DNA from: Candidatus Geothermarchaeota archaeon
GTDB lineage: Archaea > Thermoproteota > Nitrososphaeria > Geothermarchaeales > JDFR-13
NCBI GenBank assembly: GCA_015523605.1
Contig: WAKC01000050.1
Coordinates: 832-64,831, forward strand
Direction of reading: 5' to 3'
DNA: 64,000 bases
The notes beneath the pieces were generated by a model. That model saw nothing but the letters and a program-made list of their open reading frames with translations, was not told where the DNA came from and searched no databases. Made by a program: the position numbers and the translations under genes. Shown piece after piece: positions 8,179-17,048 of the stretch; within the stretch, counting starts at the first letter, position 1, and each line of letters opens with the position of its first letter.

Positions 8179-8764
8179 AGCCTTTATATTCCGCTAATAA
8201 ATTTATAAGTCTATGTTTTGCCTTCTCAATCTCCCTAAATCTTTCATCTATATATTCAATTATTGATTGAACCTCTACAGTTGAAATTAAGAACCCATTT
8301 TCCCTAGTATAAAGTGGAATGCTATATTTCTCTGAGAATAATATCTCAACTGTTACTCCCCTCGTACTCATCGAGTAAAGGGAGCTCTCTTTATATCCAG
8401 CTTCAACTGCTATATCAAGGAGTTTTAATGCATCTTCTATAGTTTTGGATGCAACATGTATAATTGTACCTTCTATATTCATCCATAGGACGCCACCATC
8501 TACTTTTCGGATAATTTTCTTAATGGTTTCCATATCGATCGGTCCATGTCTTTTATAGAGTATTTTGCCCCTACCTTTTTTGATGAGCCCCTTTTCCTGG
8601 GTGAATGAGACTCTCCCATAACAACTGCTCCTAGTAACATATTCTTCGAATCTATTTATCGCATTTAGGATGGATATTACTCCCTCATCTACCAGCCCAT
8701 TTTTTAGTGCTTCATCAAGTTTAGATAGGTGATGCCTCCTGATATCCAGCCATCTATCCCTCAT
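8159..8764 (-). CDS. taw3: tRNA wyosine-derivative methyltransferase Taw3 (TYW3 homolog)
   Basis: 201 aa. It has LSKLDEALKNGLVDEGVISILNAIN...TRSSCYGRV (the TYW3 SSC.GR motif) followed by IEGTIIHVASKTIEDA. It overlaps both flanking genes on the same strand. Confidence 0.7.
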   Translation of the reverse strand: MRDRWLDIRRHHLSKLDEALKNGLVDEGVISILNAINRFEEYVTRSSCYGRVSFTQEKGLIKKGRGKILYKRHGPIDMETIKKIIRKVDGGVLWMNIEGTIIHVASKTIEDALKLLDIAVEAGYKESSLYSMSTRGVTVEILFSEKYSIPLYTRENGFLISTVEVQSIIEYIDERFREIEKAKHRLINLLAEYKGYENTYC

Positions 8765-10145
8765 TTCCGTATCTCTCTAGGAATCTACCGTATTCTCTCA
8801 ATGCAGCCATAGCTGCCATGGCTCTTTTAGGGGTTGGATATACAGGTATCCCGTTATCCCTCAGCCATGTATTAGCTACTAGAACTTCTCTCCCCCCTAT
8901 CATACAAACTGTTATAGGCTTTTCTCTATAGTTCTTCCATACATAAGCAATTCCATCAGCTATCTCTACCGGATCTGTAATTGCCGCATGGACATATATC
9001 GATACAACCCCATCTACCCATGGATGTCTTAATACTGCGTCTAGCACTCTTATATAATCATCTCTATAGGCATTTCCTGTTAGGTCGATAGGGTTTTTAG
9101 GACTTCCGAATGGCGGTATCAAATTTTTAACTGTATCCATCAAATCCACTGGTATATCTCTTAAGGGTATCCCGAAGGTCTCAGCATAGTCGGAAGACAG
9201 TACACCGGCTCCACCACCATTTGTAACTACAACTATATTATCACCCTTTAGTGGTGGCTGTAGTGATAGGGCTAAGGCCTTGTCAAAGCCGTCTTCCAAT
9301 CCATCGGCTGATACTACACCTGCATATTTAAATGCGGTTTCATATAGCATGACGTTTCCAGCTAGGCTTCCCGTATGGCTCGCGGCGGCCTTGGCACCTC
9401 TCTCACTCTTCCCAGCCTTTATAGCAATAATGGGCTTCTTTCTACTTACGTTCCTTGATACTTCTGCGAATAATCTACCATTCTTTACTCCCTCCATGTA
9501 AAGCAATATTGCGTCTGTATCCATGTCTTCTTCGAGATATTCAATGAGCTCTTCGAACCCGAGCATAGCCATGTTGCCGATGCTTACCAATTTAGATATG
9601 CCTATTCTACTGGCCCATGTCCACCCAATTAGTCCGATTGCTAATGCTCCACTCTGGGTTATAAACGTTATCCTGCCTTTGAATGGTAGGTTTGGACAGA
9701 AGCTAAGATTCATATTGTGATCTGTATTAAGAACTCCCACTATATTAGGTCCTAGAAGAGGTATTTTATTCTTCCTACACATATCTACAATGGCGTCTTC
9801 CAATTCTTTATTCCCAATCTCACTAAACCCAGATGTTATTATGGCTACAGCCTTAACCCCTTTTTCTATACTATCTCTAAGCACATCAAGGACTTTAGAT
9901 GCTGGAACTACAATCATTGCTAGGTCTACTTCTCCAGGGACGTCAAGGATATTTGGATAGCATTTTAAACCTAATATTTCATCTGCATTTGGATTTATAG
10001 GGTATATCCTACCTTTATATCCATCCTTAATAAGGTTGTATACTACCTGGAATCCGATCTTCTTGGGGTTTCTACTTGCACCTATTACAGCAACTGATTC
10101 TGGATATAATAAATATTTGATTTTCTCCTTGATTTCCCTCTCCAT
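8754..10145 (-). CDS. acdA: acetyl-CoA synthetase (ADP-forming), alpha subunit
   Basis: The CoA-binding N-terminus is VAVIGASRNPKKIGFQV...IYPINP. The phosphohistidine loop AASHTGSLAG is present. 463 aa. Confidence 0.9.
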   Translation of the reverse strand: MEREIKEKIKYLLYPESVAVIGASRNPKKIGFQVVYNLIKDGYKGRIYPINPNADEILGLKCYPNILDVPGEVDLAMIVVPASKVLDVLRDSIEKGVKAVAIITSGFSEIGNKELEDAIVDMCRKNKIPLLGPNIVGVLNTDHNMNLSFCPNLPFKGRITFITQSGALAIGLIGWTWASRIGISKLVSIGNMAMLGFEELIEYLEEDMDTDAILLYMEGVKNGRLFAEVSRNVSRKKPIIAIKAGKSERGAKAAASHTGSLAGNVMLYETAFKYAGVVSADGLEDGFDKALALSLQPPLKGDNIVVVTNGGGAGVLSSDYAETFGIPLRDIPVDLMDTVKNLIPPFGSPKNPIDLTGNAYRDDYIRVLDAVLRHPWVDGVVSIYVHAAITDPVEIADGIAYVWKNYREKPITVCMIGGREVLVANTWLRDNGIPVYPTPKRAMAAMAALREYGRFLERYGNEG

Positions 10146-10147
10146 CT

Positions 10148-10849
10148 CTAATCCCCTAGTATAATTCTAACATCCAATGCATTGACACCATTGGGATAGG
10201 CCATCAATGGATTGATATCAAGCTCATTTACCTCCTGGAATTTATATCCAAATTCCCCGACTTTTACAATGACATCTGCAATCGCTTCTATGTCTGAAGG
10301 TGGTATCCCCCTATATCCCTTTAAAATTTTATATGCTTTAACCTCTTTGATCATTGAGAGGGCTTCATCTATATCTAGTGGAGCTAATCTAAAAGATACA
10401 TCTCTATATACCTCGACAAATATACCGCCTAGCCCGAACATCACTACAGGTCCAAACTGAGGATCTTTTACGAGTCCTACAATAGTCTCCACACCCTTCT
10501 CAGCCATCTCCTCAACCAATACCCCTTTTATCTCGGCATCCGGCATTTTAGACTTTATATTTTCAATCATATTAAGAATCTCTCTCTTCAGGTTTTCACG
10601 GGATACGTTAAGAACTACTCCACCTACATCGGATTTATGGATAATTTGGGGTGACACTATCTTTATAACATATGGCTCCTTCAAATCTAAGTTATCAATA
10701 TTTAGAGAGTCGATATCCTCTATAAAATAGTTTTTTGGTGTTGGGATGCCAATCAACCTGGCTATCTCCTTGGCCTCATATTCATAGAGGATTTTACGGC
10801 CTTCTTTGTATACTCTATCCAGAATTTCTCTAATTCCTCTCTCATCCAT
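10148..10849 (-). CDS. acdB: acetyl-CoA synthetase (ADP-forming), beta subunit (ATP-grasp)
   Basis: 233 aa with EYEAKEIARLIGIPTP...VMFGLGGIFVEVYRDVSFRLAPL. It sits directly upstream of acdA, 2 nt apart. Confidence 0.9.
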   Translation of the reverse strand: MDERGIREILDRVYKEGRKILYEYEAKEIARLIGIPTPKNYFIEDIDSLNIDNLDLKEPYVIKIVSPQIIHKSDVGGVVLNVSRENLKREILNMIENIKSKMPDAEIKGVLVEEMAEKGVETIVGLVKDPQFGPVVMFGLGGIFVEVYRDVSFRLAPLDIDEALSMIKEVKAYKILKGYRGIPPSDIEAIADVIVKVGEFGYKFQEVNELDINPLMAYPNGVNALDVRIILGD

Positions 10850-10867
10850 CTTTTATCACCTTTTGGA

Positions 10868-10925
10868 GGCCTCAGCACGTGCAGTTCACATCATTGGTCA
10901 GTTCGGTAGAGTGCCTTCATCGGCC
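10868..10925 (-). ncRNA. box C/D sRNA (2'-O-methylation guide)
   Basis: The reverse strand reads GGCC-G-AUGAAGG-[CACUCUACCGAA]-CUGA-CCA-AUGAUGU-[GAACUGCACGUG]-CUGA-GGCC. Both guides are exactly 12 nt and the D'-C' spacer is 3 nt. The 4-bp GGCC/GGCC terminal stem leaves a 3-nt bulge ahead of the GA of box C, which is K-turn geometry. Total length is 58 nt. It is a G+C-rich island in an A+T-rich spacer. Confidence 0.7.
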
Positions 10926-10979
10926 CTACTTATGGAATAGTCCCCTCCTCTAAATAGATATTTAGTTAATATTCATTTT

Positions 10980-11765
10980 ATGAGGTCTGGGTATGGAGTC
11001 TATGGAAGGGATGACCTTTACCTCTTAGAAACAGACTTGATATACTATGGATGGAAATCGGGTGAGATATTTCTTCGGGGTTCCCCCCTCTCGAAGATAC
11101 TTGACGAAATTACTTTTGAATCATATGCAAAATTCTTGTTAGGGAAGTTCTCCAAGAAATTTCTTTCAATATTGTATGATGAGGAGTTTAAAGGGGGTGT
11201 ATATGAGAAGTTGGCAATTCTAAATTCTTTCAATGGGTTTACACATCTACATTTTACATATATAGTTTTAAGGGTAAATGGATTTGGCCTTTTCAGGACT
11301 CTAGATGCTATACTAAATATGGGTAACGATTTTGTATGTAAAGCTCAATGGTATTACAGTGCATTTAAGATGGGATTAAAACCTTCGTCATGTCCTTTTA
11401 AATTGGAGGCTTATATGGGCGGTAAGCTTCCAATGTGGATGGAAATGAGTAGAAGGCTTGTCTATCAATATATGAAGGAGGCTTATCCCCACTTGATCGA
11501 TGAGTTCAAATCCTTTGATAAGAGGGTTCGGAATTTGGTTAGGGATGATGGGAAGGTCTGTTGCGATTTATATACTATATATTTTGTTGAGTTGGATGGT
11601 AGGTATACTTTGTTGGATGTTTTGGTGAGGCCGAAGCTCTTGGTGGCCGAGGCTCTATATAGGGAGTTGAGAGCTTCAAGATTGGATAGGGTCGTTATTC
11701 CCCCTCTATATCGTGGAGAGTTACTTCATAGTCCTTCGAGAGACATATTTGAGGAAGAATCCTAG
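10980..11765 (+). CDS. hypothetical protein
   Basis: 261-aa ORF with non-repetitive composition and no motif I recognise. Its 3' end overlaps the convergent gene by 45 nt. Confidence 0.5.
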   Translation: MRSGYGVYGRDDLYLLETDLIYYGWKSGEIFLRGSPLSKILDEITFESYAKFLLGKFSKKFLSILYDEEFKGGVYEKLAILNSFNGFTHLHFTYIVLRVNGFGLFRTLDAILNMGNDFVCKAQWYYSAFKMGLKPSSCPFKLEAYMGGKLPMWMEMSRRLVYQYMKEAYPHLIDEFKSFDKRVRNLVRDDGKVCCDLYTIYFVELDGRYTLLDVLVRPKLLVAEALYRELRASRLDRVVIPPLYRGELLHSPSRDIFEEES

Positions 11766-12137
11766 GAATATGATGGATATTGTGAAGAAGATTAGAGAGA
11801 TTATGATCTCATAGATATAATCTGGATAGTTTAGAAACGGGATTATCTCGGATATGTACATACCTATGCCGCGTGTATTAGTAAGAATTATTATAAATCC
11901 TATTGCTAGTAGGATTACAATCCCTATAGTTAGAATTCCATATAGAAATATTCCCCCGACTTCTTTTTGGAGGACGGTCTGTCTCTCTCTGTATCTATCC
12001 ATGCATTCGATGCATAACCATGTATCCCTATTCATATGTTCTATGCATATCTTCTTTCCACAGGATCTGCATTTGTATTGTGCAGTGTTTTCATGGCATA
12101 TTTCACATGTGAATTGTTCATACATGTTTTTCAACAA
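11721..12137 (-). CDS. membrane-anchored zinc-finger protein (B-box/HIT-like cross-brace, 2 TM)
   Basis: The N-terminus CEICHENTAQYKCRSCGKKICIEHMNRDTWLCIECMDRY supplies 8 Cys/His ligands in a C2-C2-CH-C2 pattern. Two hydrophobic helices follow. It is a paralog of 12169..12579. Confidence 0.65.
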   Translation of the reverse strand: MLKNMYEQFTCEICHENTAQYKCRSCGKKICIEHMNRDTWLCIECMDRYRERQTVLQKEVGGIFLYGILTIGIVILLAIGFIIILTNTRGIGMYISEIIPFLNYPDYIYEIIISLIFFTISIIFLGFFLKYVSRRTMK

Positions 12138-12168
12138 TATAATGGAGGTACATATCTATATTTGAATA

Positions 12169-12579
12169 TCACCATCCAGTAGTAATTTCTTTTGGTATTC
12201 TGAAGAGGATGACGTAGATTATAATTAGGAAGATAAGTATCGTTACTATGAATGCGGCTAACCCTAAAATCGGGTCGGTTGTTATGAAGAAGGGGAATAT
12301 GAATGTTACAGTCTTTATATCGGCTATATTTCCTATCGCGATTAGGAAGAATCCGAAGGTTATCAGGATGAAGGCTAAGAAGATTAGCATGATGGCCTTG
12401 AATCCAGAGTCGGCCTGTCTATAGTTAACAGGGATTCTAGTCTGATACTTTTCGATACATTCTATGCATAGCCAGTTGAATGTGTCGAAATCATATTCAC
12501 ATATGTCTCCCCCACATTCTCTACATATGTACTTCGCGTCTCGAATTCCACATATCTTGCATGTTCTTATATTGCTCAT
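12169..12579 (-). CDS. membrane-anchored zinc-finger protein, paralog
   Basis: CKICGIRDAKYICRECGGDICEYDFDTFNWLCIECIEKY has the same Cys spacing but lacks the His. Two hydrophobic helices follow. Confidence 0.65.
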   Translation of the reverse strand: MSNIRTCKICGIRDAKYICRECGGDICEYDFDTFNWLCIECIEKYQTRIPVNYRQADSGFKAIMLIFLAFILITFGFFLIAIGNIADIKTVTFIFPFFITTDPILGLAAFIVTILIFLIIIYVILFRIPKEITTGW

Positions 12580-12860
12580 TATTTAACCACCGATGGTGTG
12601 GTGAAGCTATTGAGGCTATAGAGTAGTGGTACCAAAAAGATAATCAGCAGTATAACTCCAATTATACTTAGGATCCACCAGTACCTCCTTAGGAATTTCC
12701 ATGAACCAAATACTATGGGTATAGGTCCTATTAGGACAACTCCTCCATAATCTCCTTCCCCTCTTGTGAAATATATTAGAGCCATGAATAAGAGTATGAA
12801 GCCTATAATAACAAGTATTACACCTAATCCGGTCACCGTCAATTCTATTGGCATTTCCAT
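12579..12860 (-). CDS. small integral membrane protein, DUF131-like
   Basis: 93 aa with three hydrophobic segments. The motif GGVVLIGPIPIVFGS is one I associate with archaeal DUF131/TIGR00304 proteins. It shares 1 nt with the next gene's start. Confidence 0.6.
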   Translation of the reverse strand: MEMPIELTVTGLGVILVIIGFILLFMALIYFTRGEGDYGGVVLIGPIPIVFGSWKFLRRYWWILSIIGVILLIIFLVPLLYSLNSFTTPSVVK

Positions 12861-12962
12861 AGAATGAAATGCCCATGGTTGGATAATAAGAATTTATATG
12901 TTATAGATATACCTAGGATAACATTGTTATATATGAGGATGTGAATTCCCTTGGTGAATTAG

Positions 12963-13811
12963 ATGTCTGGAGAGTCCAAGGAGGAGGTTAAGAGGAGATT
13001 GGAAGGCCTGTTTCATGTCAAGTCTTTGGAGGAGCAGATAAATAGGAATCTTAGAGATGTGAAGTATAAAATAGGTGTTATTAGTGGTAAGGGGGGTGTT
13101 GGGAAATCAACTGTAACAGCCAATATCGCTGTTGCGTTGGCATTAAAAGGATATAAAGTGGCTATATTCGACAGTGATTTTCATGGTCCATCCATCCCTA
13201 AAATGCTTGGTGTAATGGATAGGCAGATAGAGTTAACCCCTGATAAGAAGATAATTCCTGTTGAGGGTCCACTGGGCATTAAAGTAATTAGTATTGCTTA
13301 TTTCCTTCCAGACTCTACTGAGGCTGTGATATGGAGGGGTCCTTTGAAGAAGAAATTCTTTGATGATCTCGCTATGTATACCCAATGGGGAGAGCTTGAT
13401 TATCTATTGTTTGATCTACCTCCTGGGACGGGGGATGAAGCCCTTAACCTAGCTCAATCCATTAGGGATGTGACTGGCCTATTAGCTGTTACACAGCCAA
13501 CTGAGGTATCTGCTTTGGCCGTTGCAAAGTCTATAAACTTTGCCACAAAGGTGAATATTAAGGTCTTGGGTATTATCGAGAATATGAGTTATTTTGTATG
13601 TGGAGATGGTAAGAAGTATAAGATATTCCATGGTGATGGAGGCGAATATCTAAGTAGACAGTTCAACATACCGCTCTTAGGTAAAGTCCCGATTGATCCA
13701 AGGGTCGCAGAATATGGTGATAGTGGATATAGCCTTTTGATCAAGGATCCAGAGTCTGAATTTAGTAAAGTCTTCTTTGAGATCGTAGACAGACTATCAG
13801 AGTTGATTTAG
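12963..13811 (+). CDS. Mrp/NBP35/ApbC-family P-loop ATPase (Fe-S cluster carrier family)
   Basis: Deviant Walker A ISGKGGVGKST, the DLPPGTGDE block, and IIENMSYFVCGDG in place of the usual ...C-P-x-C-G. Confidence 0.9.
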   Translation: MSGESKEEVKRRLEGLFHVKSLEEQINRNLRDVKYKIGVISGKGGVGKSTVTANIAVALALKGYKVAIFDSDFHGPSIPKMLGVMDRQIELTPDKKIIPVEGPLGIKVISIAYFLPDSTEAVIWRGPLKKKFFDDLAMYTQWGELDYLLFDLPPGTGDEALNLAQSIRDVTGLLAVTQPTEVSALAVAKSINFATKVNIKVLGIIENMSYFVCGDGKKYKIFHGDGGEYLSRQFNIPLLGKVPIDPRVAEYGDSGYSLLIKDPESEFSKVFFEIVDRLSELI

Positions 13812-13821
13812 GTGTACCTTG

Positions 13822-15006
13822 ATGGAGAGGGCCGCCTTGAATATTGAGAGGACGGTCGTCTACATCTTAAGTTTGATAGCCTTTATTGGAGTTATCGACA
13901 CCACCTTTTTAATATCAATCATCTCTCCCTATGCTAGGCAATTAGGTGCATCTGAGTTTGAGGCTGGATTTATAGCTGGGCTATATTCTATTGTGGCTAT
14001 TCCAGCAAGTGTATTGGCTGGTCTATTGATGGATAGGATCGGGCGGTGGAGGCTTTTACGTATCGGTCTCCTCCTAGACTTCATAAGTATGATTCTATAC
14101 TATCTTGCCTTCAATCAATATATGTTGATGGTTGTACGTGTCATCCATGCAATTGGAGGAAGCATGTTATTTCCCTCGGGAGTCTCACTAGTGGCTAAGT
14201 ATAGTAGGGAGAGGATTGCACCTGGAGTATCAACATTCCTGATCTTTATCGCATTATCTGTAGTGGCGGGTTCTCTAACCTCAGCAACCATCGTATCACT
14301 TATGGGGTTTAAGCCTGTATTCTTATTTCTAAGCGTCATAATTGGGCTTGGAGGCTTAATGTCAATATATATACCTAGCTTCCTTGATCTAGGGGAGGTT
14401 ACCCATAGAAAACTAGATTTTAGAGCTTTAAAGATGTATGGTGTAAACACGGTTTTAAGTGTGGCCTTTATATTCACCCTATATCTCGCCTTCGGATTCT
14501 TTGTTGGTGGATATCCTATTGCATTAGGTGAGTCGCTTGGATTGTCTGAAGAAAGGGTGTCCTCCTTAATAGGTATGTTTATAGGCATATCTACATTGAT
14601 TAGTATCCCTCTAATGTACTTCAGTGGATATCTGATTCAAAGGGGTTATCTCAGGTGGGTTAATACAGTAGGCCTTATATCCCTAGCCTTATCTACAGGG
14701 ATTTTGGTATTGGATATATCCTTTGTAACGCATATATTGAGTGCCTTAATATTGAGTGTCTCAATAGGGATGTTAATGGTGTCAAGTACATACCTAGCTG
14801 TGAATGTAGATGACAAAATTCGAGGTGTAACATCCGCTTTACACCAGACCTTCAACATACTGGGTGTAGCTATAGGCGCCCCACTATCAGGCCTCCTTGC
14901 ATCTATGTATAAGGGGGAGATGTTTGTAATTCCATTGGCTATGTCTATAGTAGCTCTAATATATTCTCTAGCTATTGATAAGAAGATAGTCTATAAAGTG
15001 GAGTAG
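13822..15006 (+). CDS. MFS transporter
   Basis: About 12 hydrophobic helices and motif LMDRIGRWRLLRIG. The track start TTG 13819 is immediately followed by ATG 13822. Confidence 0.8.
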   Translation: MERAALNIERTVVYILSLIAFIGVIDTTFLISIISPYARQLGASEFEAGFIAGLYSIVAIPASVLAGLLMDRIGRWRLLRIGLLLDFISMILYYLAFNQYMLMVVRVIHAIGGSMLFPSGVSLVAKYSRERIAPGVSTFLIFIALSVVAGSLTSATIVSLMGFKPVFLFLSVIIGLGGLMSIYIPSFLDLGEVTHRKLDFRALKMYGVNTVLSVAFIFTLYLAFGFFVGGYPIALGESLGLSEERVSSLIGMFIGISTLISIPLMYFSGYLIQRGYLRWVNTVGLISLALSTGILVLDISFVTHILSALILSVSIGMLMVSSTYLAVNVDDKIRGVTSALHQTFNILGVAIGAPLSGLLASMYKGEMFVIPLAMSIVALIYSLAIDKKIVYKVE

Positions 15007-15455
15007 AAAGGTTTTAAGAGTCTGACTAACTCGTCTATTGAGATCTTTATTACATGTTTAGTGGTTCCTCCGCCGACGATAACCTCGTTATATCCAGTTG
15101 AATCTAGGTCTAGATATACAGTGGTCTTTTCGGTAATGATGGGGTGTAGAGGGGATATTGCTCCTGGGGGCATCCCCAACTCCTCTATCAACTCATTCTT
15201 CTTGGCCAGTCTAGCCTCTTCATCCTTAACCTCCAGCCTTACAATATCTAGATCAAGTTTCTTCCCTCCTCTGATTAGGAAGGTGTACATCCCTTTCCCA
15301 GATTTTACGATCATCGTCTTTAGAACCATATCCCTATCTACTCCTAGATGTTCAACGACTTTATCCACTGATTCATATCCATTCGGATTATAGAATAGAG
15401 TATATTCGATATTGTTTCTGTGTAAATTCTCAAGTATTTCACATAAGGTTTTCAT
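14991..15455 (-). CDS. YbaK/ProX-type aminoacyl-tRNA deacylase domain protein
   Basis: 154 aa. The pattern ...VLKTMIVKSGKGMYTFLIRGGKKLDL...LAKKNELIEELGMPPGAISPL is typical of YbaK/EbsC editing domains. Confidence 0.7.
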   Translation of the reverse strand: MKTLCEILENLHRNNIEYTLFYNPNGYESVDKVVEHLGVDRDMVLKTMIVKSGKGMYTFLIRGGKKLDLDIVRLEVKDEEARLAKKNELIEELGMPPGAISPLHPIITEKTTVYLDLDSTGYNEVIVGGGTTKHVIKISIDELVRLLKPFYSTL

Positions 15456-15549
15456 TACCTATATTCATTCCGTCCCCATGTTATAAAATGTATTCCAGGG
15501 AATTCTATTGATATACATCCTAGTTTAAAGAATATATTAGGGAATCGAG

Positions 15550-16776
15550 ATGTTGGATGTTTATAGCATTAGGAAGGACTTTCCTATACTGGAGCGAAAA
15601 ATTAATGGCCATAACCTGGTATATGTAGATAATGCAGCTACTACACATAAGCCTATCCAAGTTATTGAGGCTATTAGAGAGTTCTATATGAAGTATAATG
15701 CCAATGTACATAGGGGTGTTCACACCCTTAGCCAGGAGGCTTCTGATTTATATGAGTCTGCAAGGGTTGATGTGGCAAAGCTTATTAATGCAGATCCTGA
15801 AGAGATAATCTTTGTTAAGAACGCCACTGAAGGTATTAATCTGGTGGCCTATGCATGGGGACTTCCCAACCTAGATAGGGGCGATATAGTTCTCCATACA
15901 CTTATGGATCATCATGCTACAGTAGTTCCATTCTATATAGTCTCTAAGTATAAGGGGTTTAGGCAGAGGATGATAGGTATAACGGATGATGGATATATTG
16001 ATATGGGTGACTATGAAGATAAACTTAGGCTGAATCCACGTATAGTTACTTTCCCACATGTATCTAACATGTTGTCCACCGTAAATGATGCTAAGAAGCT
16101 TATTAAGATGGCTCACGAATATGGTGCGCTTGTGATTCTCGATGCTACACAGTCTGTACCCCATATGAAGGTTGATGTCAAAGAGTTGGATGTAGATTTT
16201 ATGGTGTTCTCAGCCCATAAAATGTGTGGCCCTACTGGTGTAGGAGTTGTATATGTTAAGAAGGAGCATTACTCCTCAATGAATCCATTTTTAGGCGGTG
16301 GAGATATGATTAAAGACGTGGGTTATAACGAGTATATGGAGCCTACCGTAACCTATAATGATGTCCCAGTTATGTATGAAGCTGGTACCCAAAATATCGT
16401 GGGTATATCCGTATATCCGAAGAGCATCGAATATCTTGAGAAGCTATCCTTTGAATATATTCATGAACATGTTAGGAAGTTGGCATGGGAGACTTATGAG
16501 GCCTTGAGGGAGCTACCTAACATCGAGGTTTACGGCCCAGAGTCCTCTAGAGATAGAGCTGGCCTCGTATCCTTTAATGTAAAAGGCTTCTCTGCTCATG
16601 AAGTCGCAGCATATCTAGATAGTCTTGGTATAGCGGTGCGTAGTGGGCATCACTGTACAGGCCCCCTACATAAGAGGCTTGGTATATCCTCTTCAGCTAG
16701 GATTAGCTATTACATCTATAATACTTTTGAGGAGGTCGAGTATATTGTAGATGCTTTGAGGAGGCTGGTCTCATGA
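15550..16776 (+). CDS. sufS: cysteine desulfurase, SufS/class V aminotransferase
   Basis: 408 aa. It has the PLP-Lys context FSAHKMCGPTGVGVVYV and the active-site Cys loop RSGHHCTGPL. Confidence 0.9.
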   Translation: MLDVYSIRKDFPILERKINGHNLVYVDNAATTHKPIQVIEAIREFYMKYNANVHRGVHTLSQEASDLYESARVDVAKLINADPEEIIFVKNATEGINLVAYAWGLPNLDRGDIVLHTLMDHHATVVPFYIVSKYKGFRQRMIGITDDGYIDMGDYEDKLRLNPRIVTFPHVSNMLSTVNDAKKLIKMAHEYGALVILDATQSVPHMKVDVKELDVDFMVFSAHKMCGPTGVGVVYVKKEHYSSMNPFLGGGDMIKDVGYNEYMEPTVTYNDVPVMYEAGTQNIVGISVYPKSIEYLEKLSFEYIHEHVRKLAWETYEALRELPNIEVYGPESSRDRAGLVSFNVKGFSAHEVAAYLDSLGIAVRSGHHCTGPLHKRLGISSSARISYYIYNTFEEVEYIVDALRRLVS

Positions 16777-17048
16777 CGTTACAAGATATGATCGAGTATT
16801 TCGAGAAGCAATGTGGTGATGAGGATAGCTATGCCGTGGCTTTGAAGCCGGATGTCTGGAGGCGGTTAAGGAAGAAGATAGTAGGTAGTCTAGAGAATCG
16901 GAGGGATGTTGCCAATACATTCCATAAAGGGATTTATAAGGGTGTTGAGGTTAGTGTATTCCCCAATGGAAGGCTTATCTTTAAGAACGTGCCTAGTGAA
17001 GACTATTTAATATCTATTTTGAATGAGCTTCTCGACGCTTCATCTTAA
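16773..17048 (+). CDS. hypothetical small protein, translationally coupled to sufS
   Basis: 91-aa ORF whose ATG overlaps the sufS TGA (ATGA at 16773-16776). It has a single Cys in EKQCGDED. No family recognised. Confidence 0.5.
   Translation: MTLQDMIEYFEKQCGDEDSYAVALKPDVWRRLRKKIVGSLENRRDVANTFHKGIYKGVEVSVFPNGRLIFKNVPSEDYLISILNELLDASS

Noticed and set aside
10896-10925. Plus-strand sequence TCAGTTCGGTAGAGTGCC resembling a tRNA D-arm
   Set aside because: No acceptor stem, anticodon arm or T-arm (GTTCGAATC-like) can be built around it. The resemblance is better explained as the complement of the C/D sRNA D' guide on the other strand, which may target a tRNA- or rRNA-like sequence.
14115-14588. 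157-aa minus-strand ORF; similar shorter antisense ORFs at 19004-19381 and 29102-29503
   Set aside because: All lie inside confidently assigned genes on the other strand (MFS, sufC, serS).
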